This document shows positions 1-8,876 of a stretch of DNA of 64,000 nucleotides, piece after piece. Every line of letters begins with the position of its first letter. The stretch's first letter is position 1. The position numbers and the translations under genes are program-made. The notes below the pieces were generated by a model. The model had not been told where the DNA came from and made no database searches. It saw only the letters and a list, made by a program, of their open reading frames with translations. The DNA comes from Bryobacter sp. (GTDB taxonomy: Bacteria; Acidobacteriota; Terriglobia; Bryobacterales; Bryobacteraceae), in the NCBI GenBank assembly GCA_022843605.1, contig JALHNI010000009.1:11704-75703 (forward strand), in the 5' to 3' direction.

Positions 1-1
1 A

Positions 2-1162
2 CAGATGGTCCCGTTCATTGATGCGCCGCTGTTGAAACCCAATGAGCACGAGCGGCTTTCCCGAGCCGTGGTTTCTCCGATATCGGATACGTTGCTCAAC
101 CATTGTGAGCGGGCCCTGAATAAGGCACTTTCGACGGGCGCACACGGTTTGCCGCTATTCGGCAACGGCGACTGGAATGATGGGATGAATCTGGTGGGCG
201 CCGCTGGCCGTGGCGAGAGCGTCTGGCTCGCGTGGTTTCTCATCGAAGTGATTCATCGCTTCGCGCCGCTGCTGCCCGAGGCGAGGAGTGAGCCGCTGCG
301 CGCGATCGCGGCCCGGTTGGCCGTCGCCATCGAGACGGAGTGCTGGGATGGCGAGTGGTATCTGCGCGGCTTTTTCGACGATGGTTCGAAGCTGGGATCG
401 CACGCGAATACTGAGGCTCGTATCGATTCGTTGCCGCAATCCTGGGCGGCAATCACGGGCGCCGGCGAGCCGGAGCGGACAAGACGCTCGCTTGCGTCCG
501 CGATGGAACTTCTGGTGCCGGGGCCCGAGCGCATTATTCGGCTGTTTACTCCGCCGTTCGATGTGGCTAATCCCCATCCGGGTTACATTCAGGGCTATCC
601 GCCCGGTTTGCGGGAGAACGGCGGACAGTATACGCATGCGGCAATCTGGCTGGCGCTGGCTTTTGCCCATCAGGGTGACGGTGAGACCTGTTTCCGGCTG
701 CTCGACTTACTCAATCCGGTGGAGCAGGCCCGGGATCTACCGGCCCTCCGTCGATATGCGGTGGAGCCTTATGTGATTTCGGCCGATATTTATACCGCAC
801 CCGGTCTAGTCGGCCGCGGCGGGTGGAGTTGGTATACGGGCTCGGCATCCTGGCTTTATCGCGTTTGGATCGAAAGTGTATTGGGCCTGCGTATCTCCGG
901 AGATACCTTTACGGTGGAGCCCTGTGTGGCCGAATCCTGGACCACTTACTCCTTTACTTATCGTCCCCGCGGCGCCAGTTACCAAGTCACCGTCACTTAC
1001 GACCAGGCGGTCGAGGAGACGGAGATTGACCTGGACGGCGTGCGGCTGGGCGATCGGCACATTCCGCTACGGCTGGATAGCGGCGCGCACACCGTATGGG
1101 TCCGCATGGCTGCGCGCGATGCGCGAGAGATTCAGGAACCCCTGCGGGCACTGGCCGACTAG
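2..1162 (+). CDS. C-terminal part of a GH94-type glycoside phosphorylase / cyclic beta-1,2-glucan synthase-like protein (5' end outside window)
   Basis: The frame is open from the window edge. The motif 'LPLFGNGDWNDGMNLVGAAGRGESVWLAWF' and an (alpha/alpha)6-barrel-like C-terminus are typical of cellobiose/chitobiose phosphorylase and NdvB/ChvB family proteins. Confidence 0.7.
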   Translation, partial: QMVPFIDAPLLKPNEHERLSRAVVSPISDTLLNHCERALNKALSTGAHGLPLFGNGDWNDGMNLVGAAGRGESVWLAWFLIEVIHRFAPLLPEARSEPLRAIAARLAVAIETECWDGEWYLRGFFDDGSKLGSHANTEARIDSLPQSWAAITGAGEPERTRRSLASAMELLVPGPERIIRLFTPPFDVANPHPGYIQGYPPGLRENGGQYTHAAIWLALAFAHQGDGETCFRLLDLLNPVEQARDLPALRRYAVEPYVISADIYTAPGLVGRGGWSWYTGSASWLYRVWIESVLGLRISGDTFTVEPCVAESWTTYSFTYRPRGASYQVTVTYDQAVEETEIDLDGVRLGDRHIPLRLDSGAHTVWVRMAARDAREIQEPLRALAD

Positions 1163-1206
1163 CGTGATTCGGGTAGGCCGTGCGGAGGCGATCCCGGTAG
1201 CTTCTG

Positions 1207-2098
1207 ATGCGTCTGGCGGCTGTCATTTTGGCGTGGTTGGCGGCGGCTTCCTCCGCCGACACCATGCAGGAGCGTTTCGCAATTGGCCTTCGGGCGCAGA
1301 AGGCTGGCGATCTCGAGACCGCCATGTCCGCCTATCGCGGAATACTGAACCAGAATTCGCGGGCCACATGCGCCCGATATCTGTTGGGCATCTGCGAGCT
1401 TCAGCGAGGGAATCTACCGGCGGGCATCCGGCAATTGGAGCAGGTGCGCTGGGAAGATCCAATCCACGGCAAGCGGCTTACACTCTCGTCTCGACATACG
1501 TTGGCATCATTGACCTGGACGCGGCCAAGCGGATTCTCGAGACCAACTTGCGTGGTGACCTCAGCGCCGAGGGCCACTTCATGCGCGGGTCTCACTCAAT
1601 GGCCCGCGGTGACTACGCTGGCGCCGGTTTCCGCGTTGGAGGCGGCCCTCAAACTTGGGCCGAAGCTGCCGGGGGTGCGCTCCATGTTAGGCGTTACCCT
1701 CTGTCTCGCGAACCGGCTGAATGATGCGATTCCTGTGCTGGAGTCCGCCCTCCAAGAGAATCCACAGGACAACAACGCCGCCGCCTTTTTGGGCTGGCCT
1801 TACAAAGAGCGGAATCGCCCCGGTGATGCGCTGGCCTTGCTATCGCAGACGGTGGCGGCCCGGCCGGACGATCACCGCGCACTGTTCCTGTTGGCACAAT
1901 TGACTCAGGCTCGGGGCGAGCCTGCCGCGGCGTGGCCATGCTGGAAAAGGTGGTGGCGACGGAGCCCGAACATCGGGGCGCCCATGTCTTGCTGGCGAGG
2001 CTCTATCAGCAGTTGCGGCGCCCGGAGGACGCAGCACGCGAGCGGGCGACGATCGTCCGTCTCAATCGTGAAATGCCAGCCGCTCAGCCCGTGCGCTA
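1207..2098 (+). pseudogene. TPR-repeat protein, apparently disrupted by three 1-nt frameshifts
   Basis: TPR-like text jumps between two frames. Frame 1 gives 'FAIGLRAQKAGDLETAMSAYRGIL', frame 3 gives 'DLDAAKRILETNLRGDLSAEGHFMRGSHSMARGDYAGA', frame 1 gives 'VSALEAALKLGPKLPGVRSMLGVTLCLANRLNDAIPVLESALQENPQ...', and frame 3 gives 'VAMLEKVVATEPEHRGAHVLLARLYQQLRRPEDAA...PVR*'. The off-frame continuations are W/C/R/S-rich junk. Confidence 0.5.
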
Positions 2099-2108
2099 AC
2101 GGGCGATG

Positions 2109-2858
2109 CTAAACGTCCGTTTCGCCACCCGGCGATTGACGCTGGTTCATGGCGTCTTCCAGAATCCGGTATCGTTCGTTCGCGCGGGTGAGGTGGTCTA
2201 ACATGGCTTGTTCGGCTTCGGCAACGTCATGCGCGGCGATGGCGGCTAACAGACGCTGATGCTCGGCCAGGGTGATGAACTCCGAGCCGGGCAGGCGCAG
2301 AAGGTCGCGCCGGAAATTGAAGAGCCAGTCGAGCATGGCTTCGCTCAGGATGACGCAGACACTGTTGCCGCTCATCGCGGCGATGGCGGTGTGAAACGCC
2401 ATATCGCGTTTCACGAATTCCGGGGCGTCCTCCAACGCGGCGCGTTGCTGTTCCAGGGCGTGTTCCAGGTTTAAGATGTCCGCCGGCGTCGCATTCTGGG
2501 CGGCGGTCTTCACCATGCCGACTTCGAAAAGTATTCTGGCTTCTTTCAGGTGCTCGAGGGTGGTGGGTGAAGTTTGCAGTAGATGCAGCATGGTTTGACC
2601 GATGCGATCGAACATGTTGCGGGTATCCGGCACTGCGATGCGGGCGCGTTCGCCGTGACTGATTTCGATGAGTCCGGCTGAGCCGAGAGATTGCAGTGCT
2701 TCACGCACGGCCGGCCGGCCCACAGCAAAGCGAGCCATGAGGTCCCGTTCGGAGGGCAGCCGGTCGCCGGGTTGCAATTCGCCGCTGCGGATCATGGTGA
2801 GCAGACGATCCCGTACCTCGTCGGCCAGCTTACGGCGCACGATGGGTTGAGTGCTCAT
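2109..2858 (-). CDS. GntR-family transcriptional regulator with FadR/FCD-type C-terminal domain
   Basis: The sequence 'MSTQPIVRRKLADEVRDRLLTMIRSGELQPGDRLPSERDLMARFAVGRPAVREALQSLGSAGLIEISHGERARI' is a canonical GntR winged helix-turn-helix, followed by a helical FCD-like C-terminus. Start chosen at Met26 of the tracked ORF. Confidence 0.85.
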   Translation of the reverse strand: MSTQPIVRRKLADEVRDRLLTMIRSGELQPGDRLPSERDLMARFAVGRPAVREALQSLGSAGLIEISHGERARIAVPDTRNMFDRIGQTMLHLLQTSPTTLEHLKEARILFEVGMVKTAAQNATPADILNLEHALEQQRAALEDAPEFVKRDMAFHTAIAAMSGNSVCVILSEAMLDWLFNFRRDLLRLPGSEFITLAEHQRLLAAIAAHDVAEAEQAMLDHLTRANERYRILEDAMNQRQSPGGETDV

Positions 2859-2913
2859 GATCTCTGGTCTGATTTTCGTACACTTAGTGGGCAAATTGTG
2901 AGCGCCGGTCCTA

Positions 2914-2932
2914 TGGTATCCTAAGTATACCA
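2914..2932. promoter_or_regulatory. Candidate GntR operator: inverted repeat TGGTAT-N7-ATACCA in the divergent gntR/RLP intergenic region
   Basis: Read directly as tggtat cctaagt atacca, 10 nt upstream of the RLP ATG. It fits the generic GntR/FadR 'GT-N-AC' palindrome logic. Confidence 0.3.
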
Positions 2933-2941
2933 ATTTATCTC

Positions 2942-4216
2942 ATGAATCGCTATGACCGGATCTATGCACGCTATGAAGTTGAAACCTCGTTTCCGCTGGA
3001 GGACGCGATCGGCGTCATGGCCGGCGAGCAGTCTAGTGGCACTTTTCTACAGATTCCCGGCGAGACAGCAGAGCTGAAGGAACGAAGCGGAGCGCGTATT
3101 GAGTGGATTCGAGAGACGGGCTCAGGTGCACAGCCATCTTTGCCTGGGGCGGCGTCGCCGAAAGGTGTAGCCTCGCCGGTGTGGCGGCGAGCAGAAACGC
3201 TGCTCTCCTGGCCGATTGCCAACCTAGGCCCGAGCTTACCGAATCTGTGGGCGACCGTTGCGGGAAATCTCTTTGAACTGCAGCAATTCTCGGCGCTGCG
3301 GCTGGTGGACCTCACGCTGCCAGAGCCCTTCCGGGATGCTTATCTGGGCCCACAATTTGGCGTCGAGGGGACACGGCGGCTGACCGGTGTGGCTGATGGC
3401 CCCCTGATCGGGACCATCGTGAAGCCTAGCGTCGGGCTTTCGCCGGCAGAGACTGCGGCCCTGGTGCAACAGCTCGTCGAGGGCGGGATCGACTTCATCA
3501 AAGACGACGAACTCCAAGCCGACGGCCCACACTGTCCTTTTGCCGAGCGCGTTGAGGCAGTCATGGGGGTAATCCGTGATCACGCTGAACGCACGGGAAA
3601 GAGGGTCATGTTTGCCTTCAATCTAACGGGTGAGATTGATCAGATGCTGGCGCGGCATGACTTGGTCGAGCGGGCGAACGGCACTTGCGTCATGGTGAGT
3701 CTGAACAGTGTGGGCCTGCCCGGGCTGGCGTATTTGCGGCGGCATTGCCGGCTGGCGATTCATGCTCACCGGAATGGCTGGGGCCTATTTCAGCGGTCGC
3801 CGCACATCGGGTTGGGGTACCTTGCCTATCAGAAGATCTGGCGATTGGCGGGCGCGGACCATATGCACGTGAACGGATTGCGCAACAAGTTCTGCGAACC
3901 GGATGAGTCGGTGCTGGCGTCGGCGCGGGAGTGCCTGTCGCCGATGTTCTCGGGCGAGGGCCGCGGCTGTGAAGTGATGCCGGTGTTTTCATCCGGACAG
4001 ACGGTCAGGCAAGTCCACGACACCTGGAGCGGACTCGGCAGCGCGGACCTGATCTATGCCGCTGGTGGCGGTTTGGTGGCCCATCCGGGAGGCGTGGCGG
4101 CCGGCGTCCGCGCGATGCGGCAAGCCTGGGAAGCGGCAATGAGCGGCATCAGTCTGGAACAGCAGGCGGCCACCCACACCGAGTTGCGGCAGGCGCTGGA
4201 GAAGTATGCCGGATGA
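2942..4216 (+). CDS. RuBisCO large-subunit-like protein (form IV, RLP)
   Basis: The segment 'LIGTIVKPSVGLSPAETAALVQQLVEGGIDFIKDDELQADGPHCPFAERVEAV' matches the RuBisCO large-chain TIM-barrel region. No small subunit or CBB-cycle genes are nearby. Its stop overlaps the next gene start (ATGA). Confidence 0.85.
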   Translation: MNRYDRIYARYEVETSFPLEDAIGVMAGEQSSGTFLQIPGETAELKERSGARIEWIRETGSGAQPSLPGAASPKGVASPVWRRAETLLSWPIANLGPSLPNLWATVAGNLFELQQFSALRLVDLTLPEPFRDAYLGPQFGVEGTRRLTGVADGPLIGTIVKPSVGLSPAETAALVQQLVEGGIDFIKDDELQADGPHCPFAERVEAVMGVIRDHAERTGKRVMFAFNLTGEIDQMLARHDLVERANGTCVMVSLNSVGLPGLAYLRRHCRLAIHAHRNGWGLFQRSPHIGLGYLAYQKIWRLAGADHMHVNGLRNKFCEPDESVLASARECLSPMFSGEGRGCEVMPVFSSGQTVRQVHDTWSGLGSADLIYAAGGGLVAHPGGVAAGVRAMRQAWEAAMSGISLEQQAATHTELRQALEKYAG

Positions 4217-5508
4217 CGAACCGGCTTTTGCTGACCTACTACGGTGACGACTTCACCGGCTCCACCGATGTGATGGAGGCGCTTACGGTGCATGGCGTTC
4301 CGACCGTCCTGTTTCTGCAACCGCCGAGTCTGGATGACCTGCGGCGCTTTCCAGATTGCCAAGCGGTTGGGGTGGCGGGAGTCAGCCGTAGCCAGTCGCC
4401 TACCTGGATGCGCGAGCACCTGCCCCCGATGTTTGCGGCTTTGCGGGAACTCGGCGCGCGTCTCTGTCACTACAAGGTCTGTTCGACGTTCGACAGTTCA
4501 CCGACGCACGGCAGCATTGGCTGTGCGGTGGAGGTGGGGCGGCAGGCTTTCGGCAACGGCACGGTTCCGCTGGTGGTGGGCGCTCCGGCGTTGAGACGCT
4601 ATGTGGTTTTTGGGAATCTCTTCGCGTCGGTGCAGGACGAGACGCATCGACTCGATCGGCATCCCACGATGTCCCGTCATCCGGTTACGCCCATGCGGGA
4701 GAGTGACCTGCGGCGCCATCTTGCGCAGCAGACGTCGCTTCCGTGTGGGCTGGTGGACGTCCTGCAGTTGCAGGCCGGGAGTGGCTTGGAGGGGTATCGG
4801 CGCCTGGCGGGGCAGATGCCGCTGGTGCTGTTCGACACTTTGGATGCGGCCAGTGTGCGAGAGGCTGGCCGAGCCATCTGGGAGTCCTGTGGCCAAGCCC
4901 CGCTGTTCGTGGCGGGATCTTCTGGTGTCGAGTACGCGTTGATTGCGTGGTGGCAGGCGCAAGGCCTTCTGGGCCCGGCGCCCGCCCTGCCTGTTGCCAA
5001 GCCGGTGGACCGTCTCTTAGTGGTCTCGGGGAGTTGCTCGCCGGGTACCGGCGAGCAGATTCGCTGGGCTTTGCAGCATGGCTTCGCCGGGGTCGCTGTG
5101 GACCCGGTTCGGTTCGTTTCGGGTGAGGGTGAGTGTGAGCGGGTGCGGCAATTGGCGGGAGCGGTTCTGGCGCAAGGGCAGAGTCCGGTGGTTTACACCG
5201 CGGCGGGGCCGGCGGACGTGGTGAATTCAGATGGCCAACGAATCGGCGAGCGTCTGGGGTCGCTGGCCGCCGAACTGGCCCGCCGGAGCGGGGTTGACCG
5301 AATTCTGATCGCGGGCGGCGACACCTCGGGTCACGCCGGTCGGGCGTTGGGTATTCAGGCGCTCACCATGGTGCGTCCCTTCGCGCCGGGGTCGCCACTG
5401 TGCCGAATCTGGTCAGATGATCCGTCGGTCGACGGCAGGGAGATCCTTCTCAAGGGTGGGCAGGTCGGGGGGGAGTCACTTTTCGGGCAGGTTCGCGCCG
5501 GAGCGTGA
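4213..5508 (+). CDS. Four-carbon acid-sugar kinase family protein (DUF1537, YgbK/OtnK-like)
   Basis: The N-terminal hallmark 'LLLTYYGDDFTGSTDVMEAL' and the C-terminal 'ILIAGGDTSG' nucleotide-binding segment are present. The gene is translationally coupled to the RLP gene. Confidence 0.85.
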   Translation: MTNRLLLTYYGDDFTGSTDVMEALTVHGVPTVLFLQPPSLDDLRRFPDCQAVGVAGVSRSQSPTWMREHLPPMFAALRELGARLCHYKVCSTFDSSPTHGSIGCAVEVGRQAFGNGTVPLVVGAPALRRYVVFGNLFASVQDETHRLDRHPTMSRHPVTPMRESDLRRHLAQQTSLPCGLVDVLQLQAGSGLEGYRRLAGQMPLVLFDTLDAASVREAGRAIWESCGQAPLFVAGSSGVEYALIAWWQAQGLLGPAPALPVAKPVDRLLVVSGSCSPGTGEQIRWALQHGFAGVAVDPVRFVSGEGECERVRQLAGAVLAQGQSPVVYTAAGPADVVNSDGQRIGERLGSLAAELARRSGVDRILIAGGDTSGHAGRALGIQALTMVRPFAPGSPLCRIWSDDPSVDGREILLKGGQVGGESLFGQVRAGA

Positions 5509-5548
5509 TGTACTCATCACACCACTTGTGATAAATTGTCAGAACCAA

Positions 5549-6400
5549 ATGACCCAAACCATTGCACTCTTCGGAGCCGGCGGCAAGATGGGCTGCCGCA
5601 TCACAGACAACCTCAAGGATTTGGCCCACCGTCTCCTGTATGTGGAGGTGAATCCGGCCGGAATTGAGCGGCTCCGGGCACGCGGACTGGACGTGACGCC
5701 GCACGCCGATGCCGTTCGCGAGGCGGATGTCGCCATCCTGGCACTTCCCGATTCGTTGATCGGCAAGGTGGCGCCGAGCATCGTTCCGGGCCTGAAATCA
5801 GGAGCCATCGTGATCTGCCTGGATCCGGCCGCTCCTCACGGCGGTGAACTGCCGGCTCGCTCCGATATCTCCTACTTCATTACGCACCCCTGCCACCCGC
5901 CGGTGATCCATGACGAAACCGAACGCGAGGCGCAGATGGACTTCTTCGGGGCCATCAAAGCCAAGCAGCACATCGTTTGCGCGTTGATGCAGGGGCCGGA
6001 AGCAGACTACGCGACCGGCGAAGCGCTGGCGAGGCAGATGTTTGCGCCGGTGATGAATGCCTACCGGGTGACGGTGGAGCAAATGGCGATTCTGGAGCCC
6101 GCCCTGTCGGAGACGGTGGCGGCCACGTGCATGACGATCATTCGAGAGGCCATGGACGAGGCGATTAAGCGCGGTGTGCCGGAAGAAGCCGCGAGGGAGT
6201 TTTTGTTGGGGCACATTAAGGTGAGTATCGGCATCCTGTGGGGTTACATCAATTCGCCGTACTCCGACGGGGCTTTGATGGCGATTGCTCGCGGCAAGAC
6301 AAAGCTTTTCCAGCCGGATTGGGCCAGCGTTTTTGAGCCCGAGAACGTGATGTCCGAAATCAAAGCGATTACCGCCGGCACATCCGTTGCGCAAAAGTAA
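5549..6400 (+). CDS. NAD(P)-binding dehydrogenase (Rossmann N-terminus, helical 6-phosphogluconate-dehydrogenase-C-like C-terminus)
   Basis: Contains the dinucleotide-binding loop 'IALFGAGGKMGCRI'. Start moved to Met45 (ATG 5549) because the tracked ORF's N-terminal extension overlaps the kinase gene. Confidence 0.6.
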   Translation: MTQTIALFGAGGKMGCRITDNLKDLAHRLLYVEVNPAGIERLRARGLDVTPHADAVREADVAILALPDSLIGKVAPSIVPGLKSGAIVICLDPAAPHGGELPARSDISYFITHPCHPPVIHDETEREAQMDFFGAIKAKQHIVCALMQGPEADYATGEALARQMFAPVMNAYRVTVEQMAILEPALSETVAATCMTIIREAMDEAIKRGVPEEAAREFLLGHIKVSIGILWGYINSPYSDGALMAIARGKTKLFQPDWASVFEPENVMSEIKAITAGTSVAQK

Positions 6401-6416
6401 TAGATTGAAGAGACCG

Positions 6417-8876
6417 ATGCGCTGGATTCTCCTTGCCGCCCTGCCGGCCACTCTGTGGGCCGTTGACTCCGAGGCTGGACAAGCTTTGGAGATTCTTCGC
6501 GCAAATTGTGCCTCCTGTCACTCGAAGGGACTGGCGCTTTCGGGGCTCGACCTGAGCAGCCGCGCGGCGATGTTGAAAGGCGGCTCAGGCGGTCCGGCGG
6601 TGATCGAGGGGAAAGCCGCACAGAGCCGCTTGATTGAGGCGGTGGAACGCAAGGGCAAGCTCGCGATGCCGCCCAATAAGTCACTGAGCCCGGCGGAGGT
6701 GGCCGTCCTTCGCGGTTGGGTGGACGCGGGTGCGGTTTGGCCGGCGGCGGAAGGCCCAGCCGCCGGGCCGATTTCCACGTGGTGGGCCTTCCAGAAGGTG
6801 AAACGGCCGACGGTTCCGAAATCCGGCGACGCGCGGGTTGCGAATGCGGTAGACGAGTTCGTCTTGCAAAGGTTGAAGGCGGAAGCTCTCTTACCGAGCA
6901 AACCCGCTAGCCGGGCGACGCTCGCGCGGCGGGCCTACCTTGACCTATGGGGCCTACCGCCAAGCTTGGCGCAGGTACGTGAGTTTACTCAAGACAAGTC
7001 GCCCGATGCCTGGCCCAAGCTAATTGACAAGTTGCTCGCCTCGCCCCGTTACGGCGAGAAGTGGGGCCGCCATTGGCTTGACTTGGTGCGCTATTCGGAT
7101 ACCGCCGGCTTTGAACTCGACAGCTACATCAACGACGCCTGGCGCTACCGGGATTGGGTGGTGCAGTCGCTCAACGAGGACAAACCGTATGACCGATTCA
7201 TTCGTGAGCAAATTGCGGGCGATGAGTTGTTTCCGGAGGACCCGGTTGCGCATACCGGCACGGGAATCTACTGCGTGGGGCCGAACCGCGACCTTTTTCC
7301 CGACCAGGCCGACATCAACCGCGAAGAGGTGCTGACGGACTACGTCGACACCACCTCTTCCGTCTTTCTCGGCATGACGGCTGGCTGCGCCCGGTGCCAC
7401 GACCATAAGTTCGACCCCATCTCGCAGGAAGATTACTACCGCGTGCGGGCCATCTTTGCGCCGGCCGTGAAGACCAAGGTGGCGCTCAACCGGCTCTCCT
7501 CGCTTGGTTTCGATGTTGCCGAGAACGTGCGGGAATGGAAGCTGCGCGAGACCGGCGACCAGATTCGCGCGGTGCAGGCGCGCTGTCAGGATCACGTGCG
7601 TACCGAGAAGAACGCCAGGATTCCGGCGGAAGCGCGAGAGGCCCTGCGGTTGTCCGATGGTGAACGTACACAGCGCCAGCGCGAACTGGCGACGCAGTAT
7701 CAGCGAGCCGCTCGGGTGAGCGACGACGATGTGCGTGCCTGCCTGTCTCCGGAAGAAACCGCCAAACTGCACGAAATCGAGAAGTCACTCGTGCAGATGT
7801 ACGCGGACTATCGGCCGAAGCCTTTTGCCTGCGGCATCGCTGATTCCTGGAATGTGGCGCCCCGCACGTTTCTACCGTCGCGCGGTTCCCGGCCAGAACG
7901 TGAAGTACAACCTGGCTTTTTTACGGTTCTTGGCGGTGGCGAGGTGCCTCCTCCCGCGGAGAAGCGCGAAGCCACCGGGCCCATTCCGTTGATGCCCACC
8001 ACTGGCCGGCGGGCGGCGCTGGCCAAGTGGATTACTGACCCCAGCAATCCGTTGACGGCGCGGGTGATGGTGAATCGCGTGTGGCAGTATCACTTTGGCC
8101 GGGGACTGATTGCGACGCCCAGTGACTTTGGTACGCGTAGTGGCAAGGCGACCCATCCGGAGCTGCTCGACTGGCTGTCTGCGGAGTTCGTGGAGCGTGG
8201 GTGGTCCTTAAAGCAGTTACATCGCCTCATAATGACTTCAGCGGCCTACCAGCAGACCTCCGTGGCATCAAAGGCGGCGAACGATCGCGACCCATTGAAT
8301 CTGTTGCTTTCGCACTTCTCCCGTCGACGCTTGAATGCTGATGAGGTGCGCGATTCGGTGCTGCACGCGACGGGAGTGCTGAACTTAAAAGCTGGTGGGC
8401 GTCCCGTGGTTCCACCGCTTACGCCTGAGGAGAAGGCGACTCTGACACAACGTCCTGAGAGCGCCTGGGTGCTGACGGCCGATTCATCCGAACACCTACG
8501 GCGTAGTCTTTATCTGATTCAGAAGCGTACCTTCCGCATGCCGATGATGGAAGTGTTCGATTCGCCGGACTCCATGTTGACTTGTTCTCGCCGCGAGTCG
8601 AGCACGACGGCGCCGCAGTCACTCACCCTGCTGAACGGCGTGTTGACGATGGAGCGCGCGCGGGCCATGGCCTTGAAGCTGGCTCCGCAGGAAAATCGTA
8701 CTGCGATCGCGAGTGTGTGGCAGCAGGTGCTGGTGCGTGAACCCAACGAGGCGGAACTGGCCCGGGCAGAAACATTTCTCACCACCCAGAGTAAGAATGC
8801 AGGCGGCAGGACCGAGGCGTTGGTTGAGTTAGTCCGTGCTTTGCTGAATTTAAATGAGTTTCTCTATGTTGACTAA
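6417..8876 (+). CDS. PSCyt1 (Planctomycete cytochrome c) + DUF1549 + DUF1553 domain protein
   Basis: Signal peptide 'MRWILLAALPATLWA', haem-type motif 'CASCHS', DUF1549-like 'RRAYLDLWGLPPS', 'CARCHDHKFDP' and a DUF1553-like C-terminus 'LNLNEFLYVD'. An alternative start lies at 6387. Confidence 0.85.
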   Translation: MRWILLAALPATLWAVDSEAGQALEILRANCASCHSKGLALSGLDLSSRAAMLKGGSGGPAVIEGKAAQSRLIEAVERKGKLAMPPNKSLSPAEVAVLRGWVDAGAVWPAAEGPAAGPISTWWAFQKVKRPTVPKSGDARVANAVDEFVLQRLKAEALLPSKPASRATLARRAYLDLWGLPPSLAQVREFTQDKSPDAWPKLIDKLLASPRYGEKWGRHWLDLVRYSDTAGFELDSYINDAWRYRDWVVQSLNEDKPYDRFIREQIAGDELFPEDPVAHTGTGIYCVGPNRDLFPDQADINREEVLTDYVDTTSSVFLGMTAGCARCHDHKFDPISQEDYYRVRAIFAPAVKTKVALNRLSSLGFDVAENVREWKLRETGDQIRAVQARCQDHVRTEKNARIPAEAREALRLSDGERTQRQRELATQYQRAARVSDDDVRACLSPEETAKLHEIEKSLVQMYADYRPKPFACGIADSWNVAPRTFLPSRGSRPEREVQPGFFTVLGGGEVPPPAEKREATGPIPLMPTTGRRAALAKWITDPSNPLTARVMVNRVWQYHFGRGLIATPSDFGTRSGKATHPELLDWLSAEFVERGWSLKQLHRLIMTSAAYQQTSVASKAANDRDPLNLLLSHFSRRRLNADEVRDSVLHATGVLNLKAGGRPVVPPLTPEEKATLTQRPESAWVLTADSSEHLRRSLYLIQKRTFRMPMMEVFDSPDSMLTCSRRESSTTAPQSLTLLNGVLTMERARAMALKLAPQENRTAIASVWQQVLVREPNEAELARAETFLTTQSKNAGGRTEALVELVRALLNLNEFLYVD

